Shown here: positions 9,821 to 21,086 of the stretch, one piece after another
How positions within the stretch are numbered: position 1 is the first letter of the stretch
Layout: every line of letters begins with the position of its first letter
From: a virus
DNA length: 64,000 bases
Direction: 5' to 3' (one strand)
Virus record (IMG/VR): IMGVR_UViG_3300047509_000085
Location: 5,620 to 69,619 of that record
The notes under the pieces: model-generated
The model's input: the letters and a program-made list of their open reading frames with translations, nothing else
Database searches by the model: none
What the model was told of the DNA's origin: nothing
Program-made: the position numbers and the translations under genes

Positions 9821-10833
9821 TGGTCGTCCGCATCATCCAAGGTGACGCCCGCCTCGTGCTCCCGACGCTGGCGAGCGGCAGCGTGCAGTGTGTCGTCACC
9901 TCGCCGCCCTACTATGGCCTGCGGGACTATGGCGTTGCCGGGCAGATCGGCATGGAGATGACCCCTGCCGAATACATCGGAGCGATGGTCGAAGTCTTCA
10001 GCGAAGTGCGGCGCGTTCTCGCCAACGACGGAACGTGCTGGCTGAACCTGGGAGACAGTTACGCCAACGATGGTAAATGGGGTGGCGAGACTGGAGGGAA
10101 GCAGGCTTACCTCGATGACGCCAACCGCAAGCGAGTCGGTCGAGAGAAGCGGATAACCGGCCTAAAGCCCAAAGACCTCCTGATGATCCCCGCGCGCGTC
10201 GCCCTCGCCCTCCAGGCTGACGGCTGGTGGCTGCGCAGCGAAATCGTGTGGGCGAAACCGAATCCTATGCCTGAGTCGGTGACTGATCGGCCGACCAGTT
10301 CGCACGAGAAGATATTTCTGCTGACCAAGAGCGCGCGGTATTTCTGGGATGCGGATGCGATTTGGGAAACTGCCGACAGACCTGAAGGCTCTGGCAATGT
10401 GGAGCGTAAATACCGAATAGATGCTGGGGGCAATCCAGGACACAACGGACACCAGGGTTTTAGCGTCCCTTGGCAAGGCACCACCCGCAACATCCGCAAC
10501 GTCTGGACGATCGCCACCGCGCCCTACGCCGAAGCACACTTTGCTACATTCCCGCCCGAGCTTGCCGAGCGATGCATCAAGGCTGGCAGCCGCCCAGGTG
10601 ACACGGTGCTTGATCCGTTCGCTGGCGCGTTCACGGCCCCGATGGTTGCTGATCGGCTGGGGCGTGATGCGATAGGCATCGAACTGTCGGAAGCCTACTG
10701 CGCGCTGGCCCGATCTCGCATCGCAGCCGATGCCGGTATGTTTGCTGACATCCGTGAGGGCGCCGCGCTTTCGCCGGTCACTGTGCAGCCGCCGCCGGAC
10801 CTGTTCACGCAGTTACCCGAGGCGGCCAACTGA
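9820..10833 (+). CDS. DNA N4-C/N6-A methyltransferase
   Basis: TSPPY, HFATFP, DPFAGA motifs. Confidence 0.9.
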   Translation: MVVRIIQGDARLVLPTLASGSVQCVVTSPPYYGLRDYGVAGQIGMEMTPAEYIGAMVEVFSEVRRVLANDGTCWLNLGDSYANDGKWGGETGGKQAYLDDANRKRVGREKRITGLKPKDLLMIPARVALALQADGWWLRSEIVWAKPNPMPESVTDRPTSSHEKIFLLTKSARYFWDADAIWETADRPEGSGNVERKYRIDAGGNPGHNGHQGFSVPWQGTTRNIRNVWTIATAPYAEAHFATFPPELAERCIKAGSRPGDTVLDPFAGAFTAPMVADRLGRDAIGIELSEAYCALARSRIAADAGMFADIREGAALSPVTVQPPPDLFTQLPEAAN

Positions 10834-11099
10834 TGCGCCCGCGCATCCCGCCCCGCTATCGCTGCGAGGTCTGCGGCGAGGCGTTCCGCGGCAAGGCGGA
10901 CAACGCCAACCGCTTCTGCTCGCGCGTCTGCGCGCGGTTCCGCAAGCACGCCCCCGAGGTGGTTGCGGCGGTGCGCGCCTTGTGGCACGGCCCGCTGTCG
11001 ACACGCGAGATCGCGCGGCGGTGCGGCCTGCCATCGCGATGGGCGGTCAACGCGCTGGCGCAGCGGCAGGGCTGGCCGAGCCGGGCGGCGGCGTCGTGA
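10833..11099 (+). CDS. zinc-finger plus HTH small protein
   Basis: CEVCG...FCSRVC then STREIARRCG. Confidence 0.55.
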   Translation: MRPRIPPRYRCEVCGEAFRGKADNANRFCSRVCARFRKHAPEVVAAVRALWHGPLSTREIARRCGLPSRWAVNALAQRQGWPSRAAAS

Positions 11100-11575
11100 T
11101 CGCCGCGCTCTATGTCCAGGCCGATAGATTTCGCAGCCGTTTCTTCGCGAAAACTGAACGCGACGAAAATACGGGCTGCCTTGTCTGGACTGCGAGCAAA
11201 AGCAAGAAAGGATACGGCCAGATAATGGCTGTCAGAAATCGGCCCGTTCTGGCTCACAGGGCCGCATGGGCACTCGTCCATGGCGTTTGGCCAAAGGATT
11301 GTCTGCTTCATATCTGTGACAACGCTTCGTGCGTCGAGATTACTCATCTCCGAGAGGGAAGTAGGGCTGATAACAACGCGGATATGGAACGGAAGGGTCG
11401 CGCCCGTAGGGTAGTCACCCGTGGCGAGCGTAATGGTTCCGCAAAGCTGAGTGTGGAGGCTGTTTTACACATTCGTTCTTCAACCGCCTCTGGACCTGTC
11501 TTAGCGAAGCAATTTGGTGTTGGCCGCTCTCTGATCAGCCAAATACGTCGTCGCCTCGGGTGGAGGCATATATGA
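11096..11575 (+). CDS. HNH homing endonuclease
   Basis: GCLVWT...AHRAAW...LHICDNASCVEITHLREGSRADNNADM; GERNGSAKL. Confidence 0.85.
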   Translation: MIAALYVQADRFRSRFFAKTERDENTGCLVWTASKSKKGYGQIMAVRNRPVLAHRAAWALVHGVWPKDCLLHICDNASCVEITHLREGSRADNNADMERKGRARRVVTRGERNGSAKLSVEAVLHIRSSTASGPVLAKQFGVGRSLISQIRRRLGWRHI

Positions 11576-12201
11576 CGATTGCTGCATTGTTTGTTGCCGC
11601 AAACGGAATCTATGCCGGGATGCCGGGCGTTGACCTCTGGCCGGAGGCCAGAGACGCGCGGCTATATGCCGGACCATGGCCATGCCTGGCGCACCCGCCC
11701 TGTCAGCGATGGGGACGCTACTGGCATGGCAGCCCGCGGAAGCCGCATCAGTTTGAGATGGGCGACGACAGCGGCTGCTTTGCCGCCGCGCTGGCCTCTG
11801 TGCGGGCCTGGGGCGGCGTGCTGGAGCACCCGGCCTACAGCCATGCGTGGCTTGCTCACGGCCTGCCGTGGCCGTCACCAACGGGCGGTTGGCAGCGTGA
11901 CATTGACGGCGGCTGGTGCTGTCAGGTCGAGCAGGGGCATTACGGGCACGCCTCGCGCAAGGCGACGTGGCTGTATGCGATCGGCACCGATCTGCCGGAG
12001 TTGACCTGGGGCGGTAGCGGGCAGCGCATCGATCCCGGTCTGCTGGCGCGCCGCGGCTACGAATACGCGCGCCGCTGCGGCATCGTCGGGTTGGCTGGCG
12101 GCAAGCACAAGCAGGAGATCAGGAACGCGACGCCGCTGCCGTTTGCCGAACTGCTGGTGTCGATCGCGCGGACGGCGCAGCCGCAGGCGGTGGCGGCGTG
12201 A
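11572..12201 (+). CDS. C5-cytosine methyltransferase-like phage protein
   Basis: AHPPCQ (PC motif), LEHP, RKATWLY. Confidence 0.6.
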   Translation: MTIAALFVAANGIYAGMPGVDLWPEARDARLYAGPWPCLAHPPCQRWGRYWHGSPRKPHQFEMGDDSGCFAAALASVRAWGGVLEHPAYSHAWLAHGLPWPSPTGGWQRDIDGGWCCQVEQGHYGHASRKATWLYAIGTDLPELTWGGSGQRIDPGLLARRGYEYARRCGIVGLAGGKHKQEIRNATPLPFAELLVSIARTAQPQAVAA

Positions 12202-12380
12202 TCTCCAGCACCACACCCATGCGCGCGACACTTTCCTTCCCGTCGCGCCGTCGGCTTCGTCGGCAGCCGCACGCCGCCGGCACGATCGGATCGTTACCCC
12301 ACACCTGCCGGGCGACGTGGCCGCCGCGTTGGCGTCGCCCGGTCCTTTTGGCGCGCGGGTAACGCGGTGAGGACGGCGCC

Positions 12381-14197
12381 ATGAGCAACGAGCAGCCCCG
12401 GTGCCTGTGCTGTCCGATCTGCGGGCGGGAGCTCGCGCTGTCGGCGCCAGTGCCGCGGCATTGGACGGCAGCGCATGTGTGGCTTGCGCGCAAGCTGCAC
12501 GGCCTGGGCATGAACGCGCCGGGCATTGCGCACGTCATGAGCACGACGCGCCGGGCGGTCGATGGGCAGGTCTGGCGCGATGCGCAGCGGGGGAGGCGGC
12601 ATTGAGCAACCGGCAACGCCCGTCCTGCGCGCACTGCGGCGGCCCACTCGACAAGCGGCAGCGCAAGTACTGCAACGCCATTTGCATGCGTGCGGCGCGG
12701 CTGATCGCGGAGGTGGCCGCATGAGACGCGCAGCCAAGCCCATCCGCGTGTTCTACAGCGAGCTCAGCCGTCGTTTCTACGCGACGCGCTCCTGGCGGGA
12801 GATCGCGCCGGGGCGGATCGAGGTCACGGGCGAGCAGTTCGACGTGACCAACGACATCGCGGCGCTGATCGAGCAGCACGGCATTACGTTCGCCAAGCGC
12901 GCGGACGAGGAGCAGGCCGCATGATCCGAACGCGCACTCTATGGGCGATCTTGCGGCGTTGCGACAACGTGCTCGACGGCGCGCGGCAATGGCTGGACGG
13001 CGATCCCGACCATGTTACGCGCACGAAGCTGTTTGAAACACGCAGGGCAGCGCGTGAGCACATCCAGTTGGCATACGGATACTTCGCAGAACGGCCGGAC
13101 CTGTATGCCGAGCCGCACGGGTGGCGGATGCCGCAGGCAGTACGTGTTGTGGTGTCGGTCGAGGCGTCGGTATGAGCGCCCGGTCCTACTGGCAGTCCTG
13201 CGCTGCCGACACCGACCGGGCCAGGGACGCCATCCGCTCGTGGTTCGCGCCGCTGTCGGACGGGATGACGCCGTACCAGGCGGAAATCCTCTGCGATGCA
13301 GCAACGGACGCCGAGAAGCGGCTGCGGGCGTTCATGACGGACGATAGCGGCGCGCGCTTTCAGTTCGAGCGTTCGCGCGGCAGGCGCAGCACGGCGATCT
13401 CGATGCGACGGATTGCGTCATGACCGCGCGTCTGGCCCTGCAATGCTCGACCTGCGGCGTCGAGGAGGTAACCATGAGCGCGATCAAAAGCAATACATCC
13501 GCCGAATATTACACAGTCGTTTACAGGGTCGAAGGCGACTGCGCGCAGCACAGCGAATGGTGGCACGGACTGCGCCCGCTGTTCCTGGCCGATGGTTCGC
13601 CACCAGTCAGTATCACCGTGATCGCCAGGGGTGATCTACTCGATCGGCTGGATCGCCTGGCCGATACGATTGCTAAGGCAACGCCGCCGTGACCGCGCGC
13701 CTGGCCCTGCGGTGCTCGACCTGCGGCGTGGCTGAAGCCGTGGTGATGGCCGTGACGCCGGGATCGGAGCCGGTGTGCATCCTTGGCTTCCCGATCGAGG
13801 CCGGTGAGCCGGAGCGACGTTACTGCTTAGGTTGCTGGTTGTCGCGCTTTGGCGATGGCCAGGCACGGGCGGCGGCAACGCTGGAGCGTGCGCCATGAAC
13901 GGCGGCAAGAAGGCTATACTGGCGTTCTTCCGGCAATACCTTGCGATGCCTGGTAATGCCGACATCGAGGTTAGCGTTGGCCATGCCCTCGATACCCCGA
14001 CCGAGCGGCTGCTGCTGATCTCGGTGTCCCATGCCGGCCACGAAACTGCTGCGCTGGCGATGCCGCCGGACGACGCGCGGGCGTTTGCCGACATCGCGGA
14101 GCAAACGATGCACCGCTATCCGGATGTCGATGGTCTGGCGAATCTGATCCTCGCATTGCGTGGCGGGGCGGATTTGCTGGAGCGCGGTGCGCCATGA
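12381..14197 (+). other. run of small middle-region ORFs (12381-12605, 12721-12924, 12921-13175, 13172-13423, 13420-13692, 13689-13898, 13895-14197)
   Basis: overlapping start/stop packing; no recognisable function. Confidence 0.5.
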
Positions 14198-14685
14198 GCG
14201 CGCCAGCCCCATCGACGCGGCGCGTGGGCGAAACGCGGGGGCGGCGGCCGTTCAGGCTGACGGAATACGTGGTGCCGGAGGACACGTTACAGGTGTCGTG
14301 CGCCGATCTGCTGTGGAAGCTGGTGATGCCACCGGCCGAGTGGGCAGCTTATCCCGCCGGCCACATCAAGCTCACCGGGCAGCAGAAGGCAAAGCTCTAC
14401 CGCATGGGCCTGAAGCCGAACTGGCCGGACTTCATGGTGAGCTACAACGGCATGCTCGGGATCGAATTGAAGACGGTCACCGGCCGGTTGTCGATAGAGC
14501 GCAACATCAAGGTGCGCGACCGGCGCGGCAACATCCGTATCAAGCGGGTGGAAGGCCAGCGCGAGGTATTCCCGCGCCTGGAGGCATCGGGCGGGTTCAC
14601 GCGCATTGTGGTGTGCCGGACGCTAGAGGAGGTCGAGGCCGAGTTGCGAGCGTTCGGTGTGCCGCTGCGCGGATCGGTGGCATGA
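14194..14685 (+). CDS. VRR-NUC-like PD-(D/E)xK nuclease
   Basis: GLKPNWPDF...GIELKT...Q...VVCRTLEEV. Confidence 0.75.
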   Translation: MSAPAPSTRRVGETRGRRPFRLTEYVVPEDTLQVSCADLLWKLVMPPAEWAAYPAGHIKLTGQQKAKLYRMGLKPNWPDFMVSYNGMLGIELKTVTGRLSIERNIKVRDRRGNIRIKRVEGQREVFPRLEASGGFTRIVVCRTLEEVEAELRAFGVPLRGSVA

Positions 14686-15014
14686 CCGGCGCGGGGCGCA
14701 GCGGGCGGTATGTCACCACCATGGTCGACGTGTGGGTTGACGTGGGTGCCGCTGTGCTGGCTGTGCCGCTCGTGGCAATCGGGCTGGCCGAGGGGCATCC
14801 GCTGGCAGCGGTCGGGATGGCATGGCTCGGCGGCGGTGCGGCGGTCTACGCGCTGTCGGACTACCGCGACGTGCTGCGCCATCGGGCGGGGCTGCTGCCA
14901 TGACCGGCGCGGCGCGCGGCGGGCGGGGTGATGGCGTTGCCCACAAGAGAAACCCCACTGATGCTGGGCGCATCGGTGGGGCTGTAACCAACACAAGGAA
15001 GGAACTGGAACGCT

Positions 15015-16079
15015 ATGGAACACGCTAGCACAAACACGACCGGGAATGGAACTGCCGGCAGCAAGTCGGCGCCCTATTCGGAGACACAGCTTGCCGGTCT
15101 GTCGTCGGAGCACCGGATGGTGACGCCGGCCGAGGCCAAGGCGCTGCGGGAAAGCTGCCTGTTCGCACGGCAGCGTTCGGTGAGGCCGGGCCATGTGCAT
15201 CGGCTGGCGTTCGAGATGGGGCGTGGCTGGTTTCTGCAAGGGACGCCGATCTGGTTCTGCGTGCTGCCGGACAGGTCCATGCTGCTGGTGAACGGCAACC
15301 ACACGCTTGAGGCGGTGGTTGAGGCCGGGGTTAGCGTGCCGCTGACGCTGATTTACCAGCAAGTCGCGGACGAGGAAGAAGCGGCGGCGGCATATGCGTG
15401 TTTCGACATTCAGAGGACACGCGGCTGGTCGGACGCTGCCCGGGCGATTGGTGCCGACCACGATCTTATCAATTCCGGTAAGGTCATTGCGGCGCTCACT
15501 CCGATTATGCTCGGCTTCGAGCGTCGGTCTGCTGGCACCTTGGCCCAGATGGATCTTCTTTCACGGCGGCGGCGTTTCGAGGTTCTGGAGGAATATCGCG
15601 GCGCAGCCGGTCTGTTGCATGCGGCGTGCCTGGGGTCGTCTGCGGTGAACCAGCGACTGATCCTCCGGGCTGGGGTTTACTCTGTCGCTCTGGTGACGGC
15701 GCGTTATCAGCCGTCGTCTGCGGAGGAGTTCTGGGGCGGCCTGGTGCATGATGACGGGTTACGGGTCAATGACCCGCGGAAGTCGCTGCTGAAATACCTC
15801 TCACTGCGGACTGTTGGAACGGCGGGAGAGGACCGTTACGACCTGACGATCGCGGCGGCGCAGGCGTGGAACGCGCACTTTGATGGCCGGACACTGAACA
15901 ACCCGCGCCCCGGTCAATCCGTGCGGTTTACGCTGCTCGGAACGCCCTGGGGCAAACCGTCGAGAGCCTCCGTCACGACCCCCGTGACGGGGGCTGTTAA
16001 GCTCGCCATCGGAACGAAAACGAACGGCGGCGGCGGTCGCGAATCGGTCGCGGTGTACGGGGCGCCAAGGGCTCGCTGA
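15015..16079 (+). CDS. ParB/Srx-like domain phage protein
   Basis: VTPAEAKAL...QRSV...LVNGNHTLEAV; strong RBS and upstream hairpin. Confidence 0.55.
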   Translation: MEHASTNTTGNGTAGSKSAPYSETQLAGLSSEHRMVTPAEAKALRESCLFARQRSVRPGHVHRLAFEMGRGWFLQGTPIWFCVLPDRSMLLVNGNHTLEAVVEAGVSVPLTLIYQQVADEEEAAAAYACFDIQRTRGWSDAARAIGADHDLINSGKVIAALTPIMLGFERRSAGTLAQMDLLSRRRRFEVLEEYRGAAGLLHAACLGSSAVNQRLILRAGVYSVALVTARYQPSSAEEFWGGLVHDDGLRVNDPRKSLLKYLSLRTVGTAGEDRYDLTIAAAQAWNAHFDGRTLNNPRPGQSVRFTLLGTPWGKPSRASVTTPVTGAVKLAIGTKTNGGGGRESVAVYGAPRAR

Positions 16080-16245
16080 TGGTTGCCCGACTCCCCTTGT
16101 TCATGCAGAATCAAAACGCCCCTGCCGTTGGAGCGGCAAGGGCGCTGTTCTTAACAGAACCGGCGGCGAGGCCGGATCGGGATATAGGGAGCCGTCAACC
16201 CCTGTTTCTCACAAAGCCTCCTGCTGGTCAAGGCGGAGCTTTGTC

Positions 16246-16587
16246 ATGAGCGATCACCCGACAATCGCGTGTGTCCAAGCTGTTGTCGCGCGGCATTTCC
16301 GAACGCGGCTGGTGGACATGTACTCGAGGCGGCGGGGGCGGGCGGTGGCCCGGCCGCGGCAGGTCGCGATGTGGGTGGCGCGATACACCACGATGGCGAC
16401 GCTGCTGGAGATCGGGCTGGAGTTCGGCGGGCGTCACCACACCACGGTCATGCAGGCGATCAGAGTGATCGACCACATCATGACCATGCGGCCGGAGTTC
16501 GCGGCCGAGGTATGGGCAGCGGTACAAGAGATTGATTCTGTGGAAAGCGTAGGGATGCGCCGCGCGCTGATAAGGTTGGTCGCGTGA
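16246..16587 (+). CDS. stand-alone DnaA C-terminal (domain IV) DNA-binding protein
   Basis: VARPRQVAMWVAR...LLEIGLEFGGRHHTTVMQAIRVI. Confidence 0.85.
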   Translation: MSDHPTIACVQAVVARHFRTRLVDMYSRRRGRAVARPRQVAMWVARYTTMATLLEIGLEFGGRHHTTVMQAIRVIDHIMTMRPEFAAEVWAAVQEIDSVESVGMRRALIRLVA

Positions 16588-16708
16588 TGATTACCCAGGT
16601 TATCCACATCAGTCACCAGGTACCACATCCATCCCCAGAGTCTGCGCGTACGGGGCGTAGATTGTGGTGTAAATGGTCTGTTCAACCCGAGCAGGAAAGG
16701 TTGGACAC

Positions 16709-17641
16709 ATGAGCGGTCTGCCAGCGCCCCTAACCACAGTTGATTGCGATCTGCGCGGGATGGAGTGGATGCCGTTGTTCGGAGGCCGATTGTTCATGTC
16801 GGTATTCGAGGCAAAGGCGAGCGACGAGGTGTTTCACGTTGCGCTGAAGCTGTGGTGGACCGCCTGGCAGCAGGTTCCTGCCGCAAGCCTGCCGAACGAC
16901 GACGCGTTGTTGTGCAAGTTCGCCGGGTTGAACAAGGACATCAAGGCGTGGCGCAAGCTGCGCGAGGCCGATGCCTTGCACGGTTTCGTAGAATGCTCGG
17001 ATGGCCGGCTGTATCACGCGCTGCTGGCCGAGCAGGCAATGGCTGCATGGGAGCGACGCTCGCGCGACCGGGAAAGGAAGGCTGTCTACCGCGCGAAACA
17101 GGCGAACGGATCAGCGCCTCCTGGGCAGGGCCAGAACGGTCCTGTCCCACATGAGGATAGTGGGGACAGAACGCGGATGTCCCACGGGACAGGACGCGGA
17201 CGGGACGCGGATGTCCCAAACAGGAACGACGGGGACGGGCGCGTTCTGTCCGCGCTGACAGGACAGGACAGGAAAAGAGAAGAAAGAAAGAGTTCCGAGG
17301 CTACGCCTCGGCCAGCGGCAGTCGCCGCCGGCCCGCCCCCAGCCGGCCAGCGAGCGCAACTTTTCTCCGAGGGATTGGCGATGCTGCGCGTCCTGACGGG
17401 GAAACCAGACCGCGCCGGTCGTGCCTCGATCGGCATGCTGCTTGGTAAGTGCGGAGATGATTGTGCCAAGGTTTTCAACGCCATATGGGACGCAGGCGAG
17501 GTGCGTCCAGCCGATCCGATGGCGTGGCTGGTCGCCGCCGTGCAACCCAGGAAAGCCGGATACAACCCGTTCCTAGACCCGGCTTTCGAGGATGAAAAAC
17601 CGCGCGAAATCAGCAGATTGGCGCTCGATCATGTCCATTAA
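16709..17641 (+). CDS. replication initiator (DUF1376/YdaU-like)
   Basis: PAPLTTVDCDLRGMEWMPL...QQVPAASLPNDD...DGRLYH; internal iterons. Confidence 0.8.
   Translation: MSGLPAPLTTVDCDLRGMEWMPLFGGRLFMSVFEAKASDEVFHVALKLWWTAWQQVPAASLPNDDALLCKFAGLNKDIKAWRKLREADALHGFVECSDGRLYHALLAEQAMAAWERRSRDRERKAVYRAKQANGSAPPGQGQNGPVPHEDSGDRTRMSHGTGRGRDADVPNRNDGDGRVLSALTGQDRKREERKSSEATPRPAAVAAGPPPAGQRAQLFSEGLAMLRVLTGKPDRAGRASIGMLLGKCGDDCAKVFNAIWDAGEVRPADPMAWLVAAVQPRKAGYNPFLDPAFEDEKPREISRLALDHVH
17140..17292. repeat. putative replication origin iterons
   Basis: TGTCCC/GGGACA repeats; ACGCGGATGTCCC at 17171 and 17205; palindrome TGTCCCACGGGACA; then a purine-rich tract. Confidence 0.65.
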
Positions 17642-18119
17642 CCCAAACAATCACCGTGACTGGCTGCGCGCCCTCGGTGCCCTCGTTGCAACCGGCGGTA
17701 TGTCGCTCGCCGATGCCAGGGAACGCCTGGTAGCCTATGCCGATCTGCTGGAATCCGAGTTCGATCAACGGTTTTTCACCATGGCAACGCTTGCCTTCGT
17801 CGGCAGACGTTGCCGGTTTTTCCCCACATTCCACGAGTTGTGTTTGGCGCTCTCCGAGTGGGGGCGCGACAATCCCATCGCCATCCCCAACCAGATCATT
17901 CGCCTGCCGGACAACGCCACATCGCTGTCCGCCAAAGATCGGCACTGGCTCGCCTACTACCACGGCAGAGAGCGGGAAAACTTCGCGCCATTGCGCGAGT
18001 CGGACGGCCGACTGAGTCGGCCCGATGTCGCCGACTGGCGCGGCCATACGCTGTCGCTGGTCAAGCAAATGTCGCGGCCGGCCTACGACTTCATCCGAGA
18101 CGAAGAAGCCCGCCGGTAA
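17631..18119 (+). CDS. replication-associated protein (helicase-loader position)
   Basis: follows the initiator; RFFPTFHEL motif. Confidence 0.55.
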   Translation: MSINPNNHRDWLRALGALVATGGMSLADARERLVAYADLLESEFDQRFFTMATLAFVGRRCRFFPTFHELCLALSEWGRDNPIAIPNQIIRLPDNATSLSAKDRHWLAYYHGRERENFAPLRESDGRLSRPDVADWRGHTLSLVKQMSRPAYDFIRDEEARR

Positions 18120-18592
18120 TGGTGAACGCCATCGCCGATCGCTTCGCTGCTGCCGAGCTAAGCTGGGCCACCATCACGCCGGCCCAGCTCCGCGCCAAGA
18201 TCGCCGACATCGAGGAGATCCGCGTCATGGCCATCCGCGAGTCCTGCCGCCGCATGCTGGCCCACGCCGTCGCCAGCCACGCGCCGCACCACCGCGGCCT
18301 GCTGCCGCCGGAATGGATCGCGCCATGACCGCCGCCGAACGCCAACTCCTCCTCGCCATCGCCGCCATGGTCGTGCAACTCGCCGACAGCAACGGCACCC
18401 TCACATCAGCCGATGGCCGGACGATCGACGCACGCGCCATCCACCATCTCGCCGACAAGGTCAGGGCTCAGACGTCACATGCCCCGCCAGCCCCGGAGGA
18501 CGCCCCGTAGCCGCCCCTGAACGCAGAAAGGGCGCCCACCTCCCGGCAGGACGCCCCCAACCCGCACAGCGCGCTCTACGGCCCGAATTGGG

Positions 18593-19958
18593 CTATCCGT
18601 CAGAGGCGGACTCCCATGGCGTTATCTTGCTGGTGAAGTCATCCACCGCCACACCAAGCCGGCCCGCATGCTGGTCAATCCAGTCGCGCGCCGATGCTTC
18701 CGCATGCGCCAGATCACCCCTCACCGCCAGCGTATCAATCCCGTATGCCAAGCCGGGCGACTTCCCCACGTAAACCACGATTTTCCACGTCCGAACGTCA
18801 CCCATCGCACTCACCCTCCATCCCGCCCCCGCCACACCACGCAGCAGGGGCACCGTTGCACATCACCAGCCGGCAGCCTCGTAAGCCGGCAACCCCGACA
18901 CAATGCAGTGCGCAATCTCACCAGCCGCCGCATCCAACGCCCGGTAACACTCCGACTGATCCACGTCCCCCTCCGAGCACTGGTAGATCAGGCACCGCAC
19001 CGCCTTGTAGCCATCTACCAACGTTCCCATCGGATTGATCTTCGCCCGATACGTCTGCGGCAGCACAGGAGCGTCATAACTCCCAGGCAGTTTGCCCGGC
19101 TTCTCCTCGCAATCAGGATACCGTTGCATCACCGCCTCGATGTTCAGCGTGAACAGCAACCGACCGATCCGCGTCGGTGCATCACGCTCCGATGTGTCAA
19201 TGCCCATGAACTTACGGATCACCTGCCCGTATCGGTTCTTGTGGCAGATCGCACGTACCACCCGGTTCATCGTTCCCTCGTCAATTACAAACGCACTCAT
19301 ATCCATACCCTCAGTTGCCGCTCGCTTCTCACCCGTTACAGGCCGCACACATCGCGGCCCGCATCCTCCCATCGCTCGTCCAAACCATCGCCCGCGTGAT
19401 CGTTCACCGCGCGCTGCTCCATCGCCTTCCGCTGATTGTTGAAGCATTCGAGACTGACCCGCTGCCCCTCGTCCCACGAATACGCGACGTGCACGATCAC
19501 GCCCTTGGCGTTCTCGCCATACGCACCCGGCGGGTAATACGTCGCCGTCTCCCCCACCTCGATCCGCGCGCCACAACACGCACACGGGGCAGCGTACTTC
19601 ACGGTCAACGTGCGCGGCTCGGGGCGGCGATTGCTGCGGTAGCTTCTGCGGTAACTCATGCCACCGCACTCCGCTTGCCGCGGTAGATCATGCCAACGCC
19701 GCACCCACGGCCCTTGTAAGTGACGCCACCCACGCGCGCCGTGATCGCCGACATCGTGGCGCTCATCCACGACCGAGGCAGCTTCCAGGTCGAGGTCGCG
19801 CGCCATGTGCCCAGCACTGCGCCGTGCCAATCGCACAGCACACCATCAGCCGCCGGATACGCGATGATGTGGTCCGGTGTGACGATCGCCCCGCCAGCTT
19901 CATAGCCGCGGCCCTCGTGGGTCCAGATGCAGTCGCGCTCGATGTAGATGTCCGCCAT
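18593..19958 (-). other. reverse-strand cassette of four ORFs (18593-18805, 18863-19300, 19336-19659, 19656-19958)
   Basis: coupled ORFs with RBSs, divergent from the RHH regulator. Confidence 0.6.
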
Positions 19959-20085
19959 CTCCGCCTCCTGTGCTGTGAGAAGGACAATGACAGACGATGT
20001 GTTGCAATGCTATGTATTACATTGCATGGCAGGGTGGTGCATTACGCATGGCAGGATCGTGCAATGTCGTGCTATATACTGCGGC

Positions 20086-20262
20086 ATGGCACAGACAACG
20101 CAATTCAGCTTCCGGCTGTCGGACGAGCTGCTCAATCAGATCAAGCAGCGCGCAACAGACGAGCGCCGCACAGTCTCGCAGTCGCTCGTCGTCACCCTAG
20201 AGGATGGCATCCGCGCTTGGCTCGCAACCCACAACACAACCGCGAAGGATGCCGCACCGTGA
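20086..20262 (+). CDS. Arc/ribbon-helix-helix regulator
   Basis: TQFSFRLSDELLNQIKQRATDERRTVSQ. Confidence 0.75.
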   Translation: MAQTTQFSFRLSDELLNQIKQRATDERRTVSQSLVVTLEDGIRAWLATHNTTAKDAAP

Positions 20263-20597
20263 TCAAGCGTCGCCTAGCCGTCGCCGCCGCTATCGCCGCG
20301 CTCACCCTCTCAGGCTGCGGACCAAACTGGCAATGGGACGGCAACATTAATCACAAGCCCTCAGTATGGGCCACTGACGCCGCATGGGAGGCCTACTACG
20401 ACGCCGATAGAGAGCAACGGCAGCAAGCCCAGAACAGAAGCAGAGAAGCCCAGAACGCCTATTTCCGCGCGTTGTGCAAGCATGGCTGCGCCATGGCTCC
20501 AGCCGCCCCAGAGGCGCCCTACGACACGTCAGAGCCCATCCATTCCAACTGCACCACATCACGCACGCCGTGGGGCTGGGATACCGATTGCTATTGA
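20259..20597 (+). CDS. putative lipoprotein
   Basis: KRR-hydrophobic-LSGC lipobox. Confidence 0.6.
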   Translation: MIKRRLAVAAAIAALTLSGCGPNWQWDGNINHKPSVWATDAAWEAYYDADREQRQQAQNRSREAQNAYFRALCKHGCAMAPAAPEAPYDTSEPIHSNCTTSRTPWGWDTDCY

Positions 20598-20636
20598 CCC
20601 TAGCGTTTTACGCATGAATGGCGCATTATTCATGCT

Positions 20637-21086
20637 ATGAGTGAGGCAGTCAGGACAGAGGTTCTTGATAGGCCGCCGCATTATCCACCCAGCGGCGGCG
20701 TTTTGCGGCCCTTTGTGAAGGGCCTGTCTGGCAATCCAGGGGGCCGTACAGCCGAGTATAAGGCGTGTATCCAGGCAGCACGCACAGCCAGCCCTGAAGC
20801 AATGCGTAAGCTGGTGCTGCTGGCCGATAGTGAAGATGAGCGCGTGGCCCTTATCGCTGTCCAAGCCATCCTAGATCGAGCATGGGGCAAGCCCAAGGAT
20901 TACGATCCACGCGAGGCTGACACTGGCGATCGGTTGGACTTTCGCAAGCTGCCCCCTGAATATCTCCGCATCATCCTCGAAATCTGCAAGCTCGGCATTG
21001 TCGCGCCAGCACAAGCCGATGATGCGCAGCAACCGACCGACAACACCGTTGCACCTGAAACTATCGAGGCAACGACATCGGAATGA
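20637..21086 (+). CDS. terminase small subunit-like protein (DUF5681 type)
   Basis: FVKGLSGNPGGR...ILDRAWGKP; upstream of the large terminase. Confidence 0.7.
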   Translation: MSEAVRTEVLDRPPHYPPSGGVLRPFVKGLSGNPGGRTAEYKACIQAARTASPEAMRKLVLLADSEDERVALIAVQAILDRAWGKPKDYDPREADTGDRLDFRKLPPEYLRIILEICKLGIVAPAQADDAQQPTDNTVAPETIEATTSE

